Position numbers and translations under genes: made by a program. A model generated the notes under the pieces. The model was given only the letters and a program-made list of their open reading frames with translations, was not told the origin of the DNA and did no database searches. From Thermoplasmata archaeon (GTDB lineage Archaea; Thermoplasmatota; Thermoplasmata; Lutacidiplasmatales; UBA184), in assembly GCA_022750415.1 (NCBI GenBank), contig JAKIVT010000001.1, forward strand, positions 38,298 to 102,297: DNA of 64,000 nucleotides, read 5' to 3'. How positions within the stretch are numbered: position 1 is the first letter of the stretch; each line of letters starts with the position of its first letter. Shown here piece by piece: positions 28,880 through 36,549 of the stretch.

Positions 28880-29956
28880 TTACACTCGGGGTATGACGAG
28901 CAGCTCTTGGACCCGTGCGTCGGGCAATCCGTACAGCTTCCCGTAGACGATCCGCCGCAGGTCGGAGCGCTCGAGCTCGGCGAACATCAGGAATCCAAAG
29001 ACGATCGACGCCGACAACGGGTAGGTCCGCATCCGCTTGAGCTCGCGGACCGCCCGCTCCCGCAAGAGGGCCGACTCGTAGCCGGTCAGGCTCCGGTCCT
29101 CCGTGTAGGTCGCGTTCCCCTCCGCGAGGTGCGGGAACCGCGACTCCAGTGCCGTGACGAGCTCGGCGACGCTCCGCGCCCCGTACAGTTCCGCCACGGC
29201 GGCTCGGGCGAGGGACCCTCCCTCCACGAACCGCTCGAGGACCGGCTCGAGAGGGAGGTCGGTGTCCTTTCCTTTCAGGAGGAGGAGCGCGTTGCGGGTG
29301 TCGATCTCGCTCTGGACGAACTGTCGGATCACCCACTCGTCGCCCTGGAAGAACCGGCCCGAGGCGAGGAGCTGCTCGTAGTAGAACCGGTCGAGCGCGC
29401 CGAGAAGCGGGAAGATGTCGTGGGTCCGGTCGTACGCCTCCATCCGAGGCAAGAGGACCCCGCCGTACCCGAACTTCACGAGGTTCTGGGCGATGGCATC
29501 GAGGGTCGGTTGCTGGAGGAGGACGCGGAAGTCGTCGATCGTCATCGTCCCGGCGAACAGGCCGGCCGGGATGTCGCGGCTGGAGACGAGGAAGGTCTCG
29601 GTCTCCGCGACCGAGCGGCCCTGGGCCTTCGCGGCGAGGATGAGGCCGATGTTCTGGATGTCCCACCGCCGCAGGTACGCCCCGACGACGAGGCGGCCCG
29701 CGAACGGCGTGGCCTGAAACGCGAGGCGGTTCCGCTGGACGAACGTCCGGTTGATCGCCACCTCGAGAAGCGAGGCGCCCTGGTAGCTGGCCGCCGATTG
29801 CGCGATCTGCGCGCCGTAGGCGGTCGGTTCGAGGAGCTTGATGACCTCGCCCACGTCCTGCGCGGCGACGAGGGGGGCGTACGCCTCCTTCGGGAGGAGC
29901 GACGGGGTCACCGCCTTCAGGCGGCCGAGGGCACTCGCGTACGGTGAGCCGGCCAT
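28880..29956 (-). CDS. atpC: A-type ATP synthase subunit C (V-type d homologue)
   Basis: 358 aa with the typical pattern (RRWDIQNIGLILAAKAQG, EIDTRNALLLLKGK). It is convergent with atpI across a 21-nt spacer. Confidence 0.9.
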   Translation of the reverse strand: MAGSPYASALGRLKAVTPSLLPKEAYAPLVAAQDVGEVIKLLEPTAYGAQIAQSAASYQGASLLEVAINRTFVQRNRLAFQATPFAGRLVVGAYLRRWDIQNIGLILAAKAQGRSVAETETFLVSSRDIPAGLFAGTMTIDDFRVLLQQPTLDAIAQNLVKFGYGGVLLPRMEAYDRTHDIFPLLGALDRFYYEQLLASGRFFQGDEWVIRQFVQSEIDTRNALLLLKGKDTDLPLEPVLERFVEGGSLARAAVAELYGARSVAELVTALESRFPHLAEGNATYTEDRSLTGYESALLRERAVRELKRMRTYPLSASIVFGFLMFAELERSDLRRIVYGKLYGLPDARVQELLVIPRV

Positions 29957-29969
29957 TCCAGCTCCCCGG

Positions 29970-30524
29970 CTACTGGGCCAAGAGGTCGCGGACCTTGTCC
30001 TCGCGGAGCCGCAGCAGCTCGTCGAACGAGAGATTGAGCCGTCGGGAACCGTCGGCGCTCTCGGCCACGAGGCCCCCGAGGATCGATTGGGGCGATGGGT
30101 CGAACCCGGCGCCGGCGACCTTCTTGAGGAGCGCGGCGTCCTCGGCCCGCCCCATCACCTTCGTGGGCTTGCCGAGCCGGTCGGTCGCGGTCGCGACCAT
30201 CCGCTTGAGCACCTTGGGATAGTCGTCGGACTTGGTGAAGTTCGCCAAAATCGTTCGGGTTCCATCGAGCGAGGCGTTCACCTGGCGCTCCTGGGCCTCG
30301 TAGACGAGCTTCCGCGCCTGCAGCTTCGCGCTCGCGAGCTTCTGCGCCCGTTCCCGGGCGACCTCGAGTTCGGCCCGTCGCTTCGCCTCGGCTTGGGACG
30401 ACGCCGTCCGGCGATCCCGGTCGGCGACGATCCGGGCCTCTTCGGATTGCTGACGGTCGGTCTCGCGCCGAAGCTCCTCCTCGGCCCGGAGGCGAATCTC
30501 CTCGACGAGGCGGTCGATGCTCAT
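29970..30524 (-). CDS. atpE: A-type ATP synthase subunit E
   Basis: Track ORF 29970..30713, trimmed to ATG 30524 (MSIDRLVEEIRLRAEEELRRE...). It has an N-terminal coiled coil plus a C-terminal globular domain. Confidence 0.9.
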   Translation of the reverse strand: MSIDRLVEEIRLRAEEELRRETDRQQSEEARIVADRDRRTASSQAEAKRRAELEVARERAQKLASAKLQARKLVYEAQERQVNASLDGTRTILANFTKSDDYPKVLKRMVATATDRLGKPTKVMGRAEDAALLKKVAGAGFDPSPQSILGGLVAESADGSRRLNLSFDELLRLREDKVRDLLAQ

Positions 30525-30546
30525 CGGGGGAGGACTCGGGTCTCGC

Positions 30547-30771
30547 CTAGTGGATGATCCCGAGCAGGAGGATGATGCCCAGAACGAAGCCGATGATCCA
30601 CAGGGTTTCCGGAATGACGAAGAAGAACAGCACCTGACCGAACTTCTCCGGCTTCTCCGCGATGATCCCCATTCCCGCCGCGCCAATTCCGGATTGGGCC
30701 ATGCCGGTCCCAATCAGGCCCCCGGCAATTGCGATTCCCGCGGCCAGCGTCGCGTACGGGTCTGCCACCAT
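30547..30771 (-). CDS. atpK: A-type ATP synthase subunit K (proteolipid c)
   Basis: 74-aa two-TM hairpin with GIGAAGMGIIAEKPE and the ion-binding Glu in VIPETLWIIGFV. Confidence 0.95.
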   Translation of the reverse strand: MVADPYATLAAGIAIAGGLIGTGMAQSGIGAAGMGIIAEKPEKFGQVLFFFVIPETLWIIGFVLGIILLLGIIH

Positions 30772-30791
30772 CGTGATTTCCCTGGCCGCCG

Positions 30792-30810
30792 AAAAAAAAG
30801 GCCTATATAA
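30792..30810 (-). promoter_or_regulatory. archaeal promoter (TATA box TTATATAGG followed by T8) for atpK-E-C
   Basis: The minus strand reads gcgTTATATAGGccTTTTTTTTc. It is the most AT-rich spot in the window, and the TATA ends 32 nt upstream of the atpK ATG (30771). Confidence 0.75.
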
Positions 30811-30958
30811 CGCGAAGCTCCCGCGGCCGCCGACGAGGGAGCGGCCCGCACCGCGAGGAGGTCCTGGAGGCGCCCGAACCCTCCACGGGGAGCGCGACCG
30901 GGCAGTTTCCGAATGGAAACCCTATTGACCCCGACGCGATTGGTGCCGGCATCGCACC

Positions 30959-31666
30959 ATGACCGACCACCTCCGCCAGATTGCGAACGACCTCTCGCGC
31001 GACCTCGACCTGGACCAGCCCATGGTGCAGGTGACGTACCTCGACGAAGTCCCGAAGGGAGTCACCCAACACCCGGGCGGCGTTCCGTCGGTCTGTACGT
31101 TTTTCGCCGAGGGGCAGAAGAAGCCGTTCTACGCGGCCCTGCCCGCCCACGAGGCGTGCGAGATCGGGGCGTTCGTGCTCGGAGCCGCTCCCGAAGGCGA
31201 GCTCGGCGCCCGGCTGATGGCGACGGTCGGAATGATGCAGAAGGAAGGGTACCTCCGTCCCGGGGAAGAGGCGAAGATCCCTCGGAACGCCACCGCACCC
31301 AAGTACGTCGCCTACGGACCTCTCGGCTCCCTCCCGATGCCCCCGACGAACATCCTGTTCTTCGCCCGCCCGAAGTCCGCGATGCTCGCGATGGAGGCCG
31401 CGTCGGGCCCGGTGCCGATGAACGGCCGCCCGATGTGCGCCATCGTTCCCACGTTGAACCAGGGCGCGGCCGTCGCCGTCTCCATGGGCTGCGTCGGCTC
31501 GCGGGTGTTCACTCAAATGGCCGACGACCGGATGCTCGTCGGCATCCGCGGGGACCACCTCGACTCGTTCCACTCCGCGGTCCAGAAGATCGCTCACGCC
31601 AACCGCCTCGTCGGGGCGGAAGACCTGCGGCGACGCGAAACCTCCGAGCGGCCGTACTCCCCGTAA
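30959..31666 (+). CDS. DUF169 domain protein
   Basis: 235-aa ORF with an ATG start. The pattern (VPSVCTFFAEGQKKPFYA ... GRPMCAIVPT ... SMGCVGSRVFT) matches my memory of DUF169. Confidence 0.75.
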   Translation: MTDHLRQIANDLSRDLDLDQPMVQVTYLDEVPKGVTQHPGGVPSVCTFFAEGQKKPFYAALPAHEACEIGAFVLGAAPEGELGARLMATVGMMQKEGYLRPGEEAKIPRNATAPKYVAYGPLGSLPMPPTNILFFARPKSAMLAMEAASGPVPMNGRPMCAIVPTLNQGAAVAVSMGCVGSRVFTQMADDRMLVGIRGDHLDSFHSAVQKIAHANRLVGAEDLRRRETSERPYSP

Positions 31667-31717
31667 CGGGTGGGGTTCGCCCGCCTGGGCGCACCCCAGC
31701 CGGGGGGACCCAGGCCC

Positions 31718-32218
31718 CTACGGGGTCGGCGAAGCGCCGGGAACGGACGAGTCGGGCTTGGGGGGGTCGTCCTCGTCGTTCGCGTCGGCTCCACGACCCG
31801 AGAGGAGGAGCCAGAGCGAGAGCAGGAACACGACGCCGTCCATCAGGTACGTCGAGAAGCAGACCGGGCAGAGGGCGTGGATGACGGCGAGCTCGACGTA
31901 GCCAAGGTAGACGGCGACGACGAGTCCGATCCCCGAGACGGCGACGACCCCCTGGAGGAGGTCCCGACGCCAACTGCGGTACAACGGAATGTCGAGGACG
32001 AGAAGCGCGAGGAATCCGCCGACGCCGATGAGCCAGTCCGGGACCCCGAGCGTGTACGTGTGACCGCTCTCATCGACGGCCGAACACGAGATGTACTTCG
32101 AGACGGAGCAGAACCCCTGCGCCGCGGGATAGTAGGTTTCGTACGCCGCGAAGGCGGACAGCCCCAGTCCGGCCACGATGACCACGAGCAACGCCGCGTG
32201 GACGGTCTCGGCGCGCAT
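31718..32218 (-). CDS. vitamin K epoxide reductase (VKOR) family protein
   Basis: Track ORF 31718..32254, trimmed to ATG 32218. It has 4-5 TM segments, a loop Cys pair (GFCSVSKYISCS) and a membrane CxxC (LCPVCFSTYL). Confidence 0.85.
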   Translation of the reverse strand: MRAETVHAALLVVIVAGLGLSAFAAYETYYPAAQGFCSVSKYISCSAVDESGHTYTLGVPDWLIGVGGFLALLVLDIPLYRSWRRDLLQGVVAVSGIGLVVAVYLGYVELAVIHALCPVCFSTYLMDGVVFLLSLWLLLSGRGADANDEDDPPKPDSSVPGASPTP

Positions 32219-32225
32219 GGCGGAC

Positions 32226-33332
32226 CTAGCGGATCTGGGCGAGAAGGGGCGCAACGGACGGATTCGTCGCGAGGCTCGTCGGTTGGCCCCCGTTCACCTT
32301 CACGAGGAACGCCTCGAGGAGATACGCCGTCGGGCTGATCGCGTTCCAGGCCGCCCCCGACTGGGCGTTGATCTGGCTCTGGATGGTCGACGCGTTGAGG
32401 CCCTGGAGGCTCGCCGGGTTCACCATCGCGCCGATGTGGAGGTACTGTCCTCCGATCACGACGAACGGAATGCTGCCGCCGCTGTCGTAGCTGCTGACAT
32501 ACGACGACTCGATGCAGCCGGTCGTCGAGGCCGGCTGGATTTGGTTGTCGTTTGTCGACTCGGCGACGTGGAGGCTGACCCACTTGCTCTGGAGGGTCGC
32601 GCCGGAGAGGACGACCTCGGCCGTGTTGGGATCGACATCGGCCGGATTCGAGCGGTCGTAGTACGTCCCCGATAACGTGCCGAACGCCTGGAGGGCGACG
32701 ACCATCGCCCAGCTCGAGGCGGAGCAGTACGGGCACGCGGCCGAGCCGTAGAAGAAGAACACCGGGACCCCGTTGTCCGCCCAGAGGGCGTTGTTCGCCT
32801 TCGAGAACGACCCGGGTTCCCCTGTCGTCTGGCTGGTCAACGTTGGACATCCGCTGACGAGCGCCGCCACCCCGAAGGATCCGGCGAAGACGAGCCCGAG
32901 CACGATGCCGGCGACGACCCCGTTGCGGATCGCGGGGGTCCAGCGGTTCGCCGACCGGAGCATCGCGAACGCGAGCAGGCCGACCCCGAGGAGCATGAGG
33001 ACGACGAGGTCGGGAATGGCGGGGAGGTAGGTCCCGACCGGAGACGGGATGAAGAACGCGATGACGAACCACACGACGAGGAGCGGGGCGATGATGGCGG
33101 CCACCCGCTCGAGGGGCCATCCCCTCTCGGCCTCGCCCTCGGCCCCGCCGCCGCCCGACGAGGAGGAACGCCGCTTCGTCTTCGACTTCCGCTGGTAGTA
33201 GAGCGCCCGGAGCGCGCGCCCGGGGTCCCCGGCCGTGTCGTCGGCATGGAACCCGACCTTCGGGTCCTCGGAGATCCGGTCCCAGTCCCAGCCCTTCGAG
33301 CGGCGGCGCTCGACGAGCTCCCAGTCCACCAT
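32226..33332 (-). CDS. DUF929 domain protein (membrane-anchored, thioredoxin-like, CPYC motif)
   Basis: 368 aa. It has a basic cytoplasmic N-terminus and 3-4 TM segments, then an extracytoplasmic domain with FFFYGSAACPYCSASSWAMVVAL. Its stop lies 7 nt before the VKOR start. Confidence 0.8.
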   Translation of the reverse strand: MVDWELVERRRSKGWDWDRISEDPKVGFHADDTAGDPGRALRALYYQRKSKTKRRSSSSGGGGAEGEAERGWPLERVAAIIAPLLVVWFVIAFFIPSPVGTYLPAIPDLVVLMLLGVGLLAFAMLRSANRWTPAIRNGVVAGIVLGLVFAGSFGVAALVSGCPTLTSQTTGEPGSFSKANNALWADNGVPVFFFYGSAACPYCSASSWAMVVALQAFGTLSGTYYDRSNPADVDPNTAEVVLSGATLQSKWVSLHVAESTNDNQIQPASTTGCIESSYVSSYDSGGSIPFVVIGGQYLHIGAMVNPASLQGLNASTIQSQINAQSGAAWNAISPTAYLLEAFLVKVNGGQPTSLATNPSVAPLLAQIR

Positions 33333-33450
33333 GCCGGCGGTCGAAACCGGGAGAGGTACTTCTCGTTGACCCAGCCTCCCGCGAGAGGAGCCCGAGTGCG
33401 GCCGGCGCCTACGCCCTCGGCGTTAAGGCGCGGGGGCCCTCCCGAGGGCG

Positions 33451-34353
33451 ATGCGCATCACGTTCCTCGGGACGGCCGGCTCCTGGCCGACCAAGGAGCG
33501 GTCCGCGAGCGCCATCGCGCTCGACACCGACCGGGAGCTCGTTCTGTTCGACTGCGGCGAGGGAACGCAACGCCAGTTCTTCCAATCGAGCGCGTCGTTC
33601 ATGCGCGTCCGCCGGGTCTTCATCTCCCACTTCCACGGCGACCATTTCCTCGGGCTTCCCGGGCTCATCCAGAGCATGAGCCTGAATCACCGGACCGAGC
33701 CGCTCGACCTGTACGGCCCTCCGGACGCGAAGGAGGTGTTCGACCAGGTGCTGAAGCTCGGCTACTTCACCCTCCGATTCCCCGTGACCGTCCACGCGCT
33801 CTCGCCGGGACACTCCGTCGACCTCGACGGCTACAGCGTCCGGACCGCCGAGGCCGTCCACCCCGTCCCGACCCTCGCGTACCGACTGGAGGAGGGGCCC
33901 AAGCGGGGTCGCTTCGACGGCGAAAAGGCCCGGTCCCTCGGGATCCGGGGGCCGGACTTCGCCCGACTTGAGGCCGGAGAGTCCGTCAAGGTCGGCGACA
34001 ACCTCGTCCGTCCCGAGGACGTGATGGGACCCCCGCGCGCCGGACGGGCGATCGTCTACTCCGGGGACAGCGCGCCGTGCCCGGCGATCGAGAAACTCGC
34101 CTACCGGGCGACCGTGCTCATCCACGAGGCGACGGTGGGGGCCGAACTCGAGCAGGAGGCGAACCAGTGGGGCCACTCCTCCGCCCGCCAAGCGGCGGAG
34201 ATCGCCCGCGCCGCGGAGGTGCAGGAGCTGTTCGTCACCCACTTCTCGAGCCGCTACAAGGAGCTCGAGCCCCTCGAAACCGAGGCGAAGGCCCGGTTCG
34301 TCGACTCCCACGTCGCGCGCGACCTGCTCGACCATCTTGTCCGCCAGCCATGA
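33451..34353 (+). CDS. rnz: ribonuclease Z
   Basis: 300 aa starting MRITFLGTAGSWPT, with the metallo-beta-lactamase motif ISHFHGDHFLGLPGLI. Confidence 0.93.
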   Translation: MRITFLGTAGSWPTKERSASAIALDTDRELVLFDCGEGTQRQFFQSSASFMRVRRVFISHFHGDHFLGLPGLIQSMSLNHRTEPLDLYGPPDAKEVFDQVLKLGYFTLRFPVTVHALSPGHSVDLDGYSVRTAEAVHPVPTLAYRLEEGPKRGRFDGEKARSLGIRGPDFARLEAGESVKVGDNLVRPEDVMGPPRAGRAIVYSGDSAPCPAIEKLAYRATVLIHEATVGAELEQEANQWGHSSARQAAEIARAAEVQELFVTHFSSRYKELEPLETEAKARFVDSHVARDLLDHLVRQP

Positions 34354-35606
34354 GCGGCGTCGACCTCCTCGTCACCGGGATCGGCGAACTCGCGACCCTC
34401 GCCACCGGGCCGGTTCCGCGCATCGGGGCGGCCGCCAGCGAACTCGGGCGGATCGAGAACGCCGCGTTGGCGGTCCGCGCGGGGGTGTTCGCGGCCGTCG
34501 GCACGGAGCGGCAGGTGCGACGGGCCGTCCGCCTCCGGGCCGGAGGCGAGGAGCTCGACGCCCACGGGGGCACCGTGGTGCCGGGATTCGTCGATGCCCA
34601 CACTCACGTCCTCTACGCGGGCGACCGCTCGGGCGAACTCGCCCAGAAGATCGGCGGGATGACGTACCTCGAGATCGCCGAGGAGGGGGGCGGATTGTTC
34701 CGCACGGTCCGGACGACCCGGCGCGCCCCGACGAGCACGCTCGTTCGCGAGACGGTCGCGCGGCTGCGCCGGATGGCGCTCGCCGGCACGACGACGGCGG
34801 AGGTGAAGAGCGGGTACGCGCTGACCCACGCCGGCGAGCTCCGACTCCTCGAAACGATCCCGACCCTCGCCCGCGAGACGGGACTCGACCTCGTCCCAAC
34901 GTATCTCGGCGCGCACGCCGTGCCGCCCGAGCGGGCCTCGAACCCCGAGCGCTACGTCGAGGAGATCGTCGAACGGACGCTCCCGGAGGTTGCCCGACGT
35001 CGGCTGGCGAAGTTCGCGGACGTGTTCTGCGAACCGGGATTCTTCACGCCCTCCCAGTCCGAACGGATCCTCCGGGCAGCCCTCGCCCTTCGGCTCGGAG
35101 GGAAGATCCACGCCGACGAGTTCGTCTACTCCGGCGGGGCGGCCCTCGCCGCGCACCTCAAGCTCCGGTCGGCGGAGCACCTTCTGACCGCCCCCGCCGA
35201 GGACCGGGAAGCGCTCGCCCGCGCCGGCGTGACGGCGGTGCTGCTGCCGGTCACCCCATTCGCATCGCTCTCGCCGTTGCACAGCCCCGGACGGCAGATG
35301 GTCGACGCCGGCGTGCCGGTCGCCCTCGGCACGGACCTCTCGCCGAACTCGCCGGTCGAGTCGATGCCGCTCGTCATCGCGCACGCGGTGCACTCCGCCC
35401 GCCTCACGCCGGCGGAGGCGATCACCGCCTCGACGGTGAACGCCGCCCACGCCGTCGGTGCCGCCGAGCGGGCCGGGTCGATCTCCGTCGGCCGGCGGGC
35501 CGATTTTGTGCTGTTCGACGCTCCCACGGCCGACCGGATCGCGTACCGGATCGGGCTCGTTCCGGTTGCGGTTTATCGTCAGGGAAAACGCATTTCTTCG
35601 AGGTGA
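34350..35606 (+). CDS. hutI: imidazolonepropionase-like amidohydrolase
   Basis: Track ORF 34077..35606, trimmed to ATG 34350, which forms an ATGA overlap with the rnz stop. Motifs are VVPGFVDAHTHVLYAG, KIHADE and LGTDLSPNS. Confidence 0.85.
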   Translation: MSGVDLLVTGIGELATLATGPVPRIGAAASELGRIENAALAVRAGVFAAVGTERQVRRAVRLRAGGEELDAHGGTVVPGFVDAHTHVLYAGDRSGELAQKIGGMTYLEIAEEGGGLFRTVRTTRRAPTSTLVRETVARLRRMALAGTTTAEVKSGYALTHAGELRLLETIPTLARETGLDLVPTYLGAHAVPPERASNPERYVEEIVERTLPEVARRRLAKFADVFCEPGFFTPSQSERILRAALALRLGGKIHADEFVYSGGAALAAHLKLRSAEHLLTAPAEDREALARAGVTAVLLPVTPFASLSPLHSPGRQMVDAGVPVALGTDLSPNSPVESMPLVIAHAVHSARLTPAEAITASTVNAAHAVGAAERAGSISVGRRADFVLFDAPTADRIAYRIGLVPVAVYRQGKRISSR

Positions 35607-35639
35607 GTCGGACCCTAGATTCAAATAGGAGGGGTTTCC

Positions 35640-35879
35640 ATGTCGCCGACGAGGTCGCCTCACATGGCGGAGAAAGTCGGCAAAGAGCAGATCAAGCGAG
35701 AGAAGGGTTACCTGTACTACCTCGGGAAGGACGGGTACCTGTGGAAGACCCCCACCAAGCTGAACAAGGCGGGTCGAAAGGCGAAGGTTGGCACGGAAAA
35801 GATCACTCGCCAGGACGGTTTCATGTACTTCCTGGACAAGAAGGGGTTCGTTTCCCGCGCCAAGATGAAGAACGCCTGA
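35640..35879 (+). CDS. small Lys-rich protein with two beta-hairpin repeats
   Basis: 79 aa with AGGAGGGG 5-6 nt upstream of the ATG. The repeats are KGYLYYLGKDGYLWKTP and DGFMYFLDKKGFVSRAK. Lys-rich, lower-GC coding in a GC-rich genome argues for selection. Confidence 0.7.
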   Translation: MSPTRSPHMAEKVGKEQIKREKGYLYYLGKDGYLWKTPTKLNKAGRKAKVGTEKITRQDGFMYFLDKKGFVSRAKMKNA

Positions 35880-35908
35880 ACGGGCGACCCTTCGTCCACC
35901 CTTTCCCC

Positions 35909-35930
35909 GAACCCCTCTTCGGAGGGGTTC
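35909..35930 (+). terminator. perfect 9-bp hairpin with UUCG tetraloop downstream of the small Lys-rich gene
   Basis: GAACCCCTC-TTCG-GAGGGGTTC lies 30 nt after the stop and is followed by a pyrimidine-rich tract (CCTTCTTCGTC). Its role as terminator or stabiliser is inferred. Confidence 0.45.
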
Positions 35931-36030
35931 GGCCCCAATCCTTCTTCGTCGCGAGGTCTTCGGCTGGCGGACGCACCGTTGCCATTCGACGTATGGGGGA
36001 ACGCGCCCTCCCCCGTCCGGGGGGGACGCC

Positions 36031-36549
36031 GTGAGCGTGCGTGTGAAGCGCGTCTACGATCCGCCGTCCGAGGACGACGGAGCGAGGTACCTGGTCGACC
36101 GGCTCTGGCCGCGCGGCATCGGACGGAACGAATCGCGGTTCACCGAGTGGCTAAAGGAGCTCGCCCCGTCGTCGGAGCTGCGGGCCTGGTTCGGGCACGA
36201 GCCACAACGGTTCGAGGAGTTCCGGCGGCGGTACCTGCAGGAGCTCCGCGCCCACGACGCTCTCGTGGAGCGGCTCGCCGGCGAGGCGGCGCGGGGTCCG
36301 GTGACCCTGGTGTTCGCCGCCCGCGATCTCGAGCACAACAACGCCGCCGTCCTCCGCGAGCTCCTCGAGCGGAAGTCGGCCGGCGCCGGTCCGCGGCGCG
36401 CCCGACGACGGAGCCGGCCGGGCGTCAGGGGCGGAAGCGCGCGCGGACCCCGGCCCAGAACCGTTCGGCGGGCCAGCCGAGGAGCCGCTCCTTCCGCTGT
36501 TCGCCCTCCGCCCAGAGGACGCGCGCCTCGAACGGGGTCTCCCGGGTGA
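36031..36549 (+). CDS. DUF488 family protein
   Basis: GTG start. Hallmarks are VKRVYDPPSEDDGARYLVDRLWPRGI and LAPSSELRAWFGH. The last ~50 aa are an R/P/G-rich tail overlapping the convergent ClC gene. Confidence 0.85.
   Translation: MSVRVKRVYDPPSEDDGARYLVDRLWPRGIGRNESRFTEWLKELAPSSELRAWFGHEPQRFEEFRRRYLQELRAHDALVERLAGEAARGPVTLVFAARDLEHNNAAVLRELLERKSAGAGPRRARRRSRPGVRGGSARGPRPRTVRRASRGAAPSAVRPPPRGRAPRTGSPG

Noticed and set aside
34077-34349. 91-aa N-terminal extension of the hutI-like ORF.
   Set aside because: It lies entirely inside the rnz coding region in another frame and is R/G/P-rich. ATG 34350, with its ATGA overlap to the rnz stop, gives a normal amidohydrolase N-terminus.
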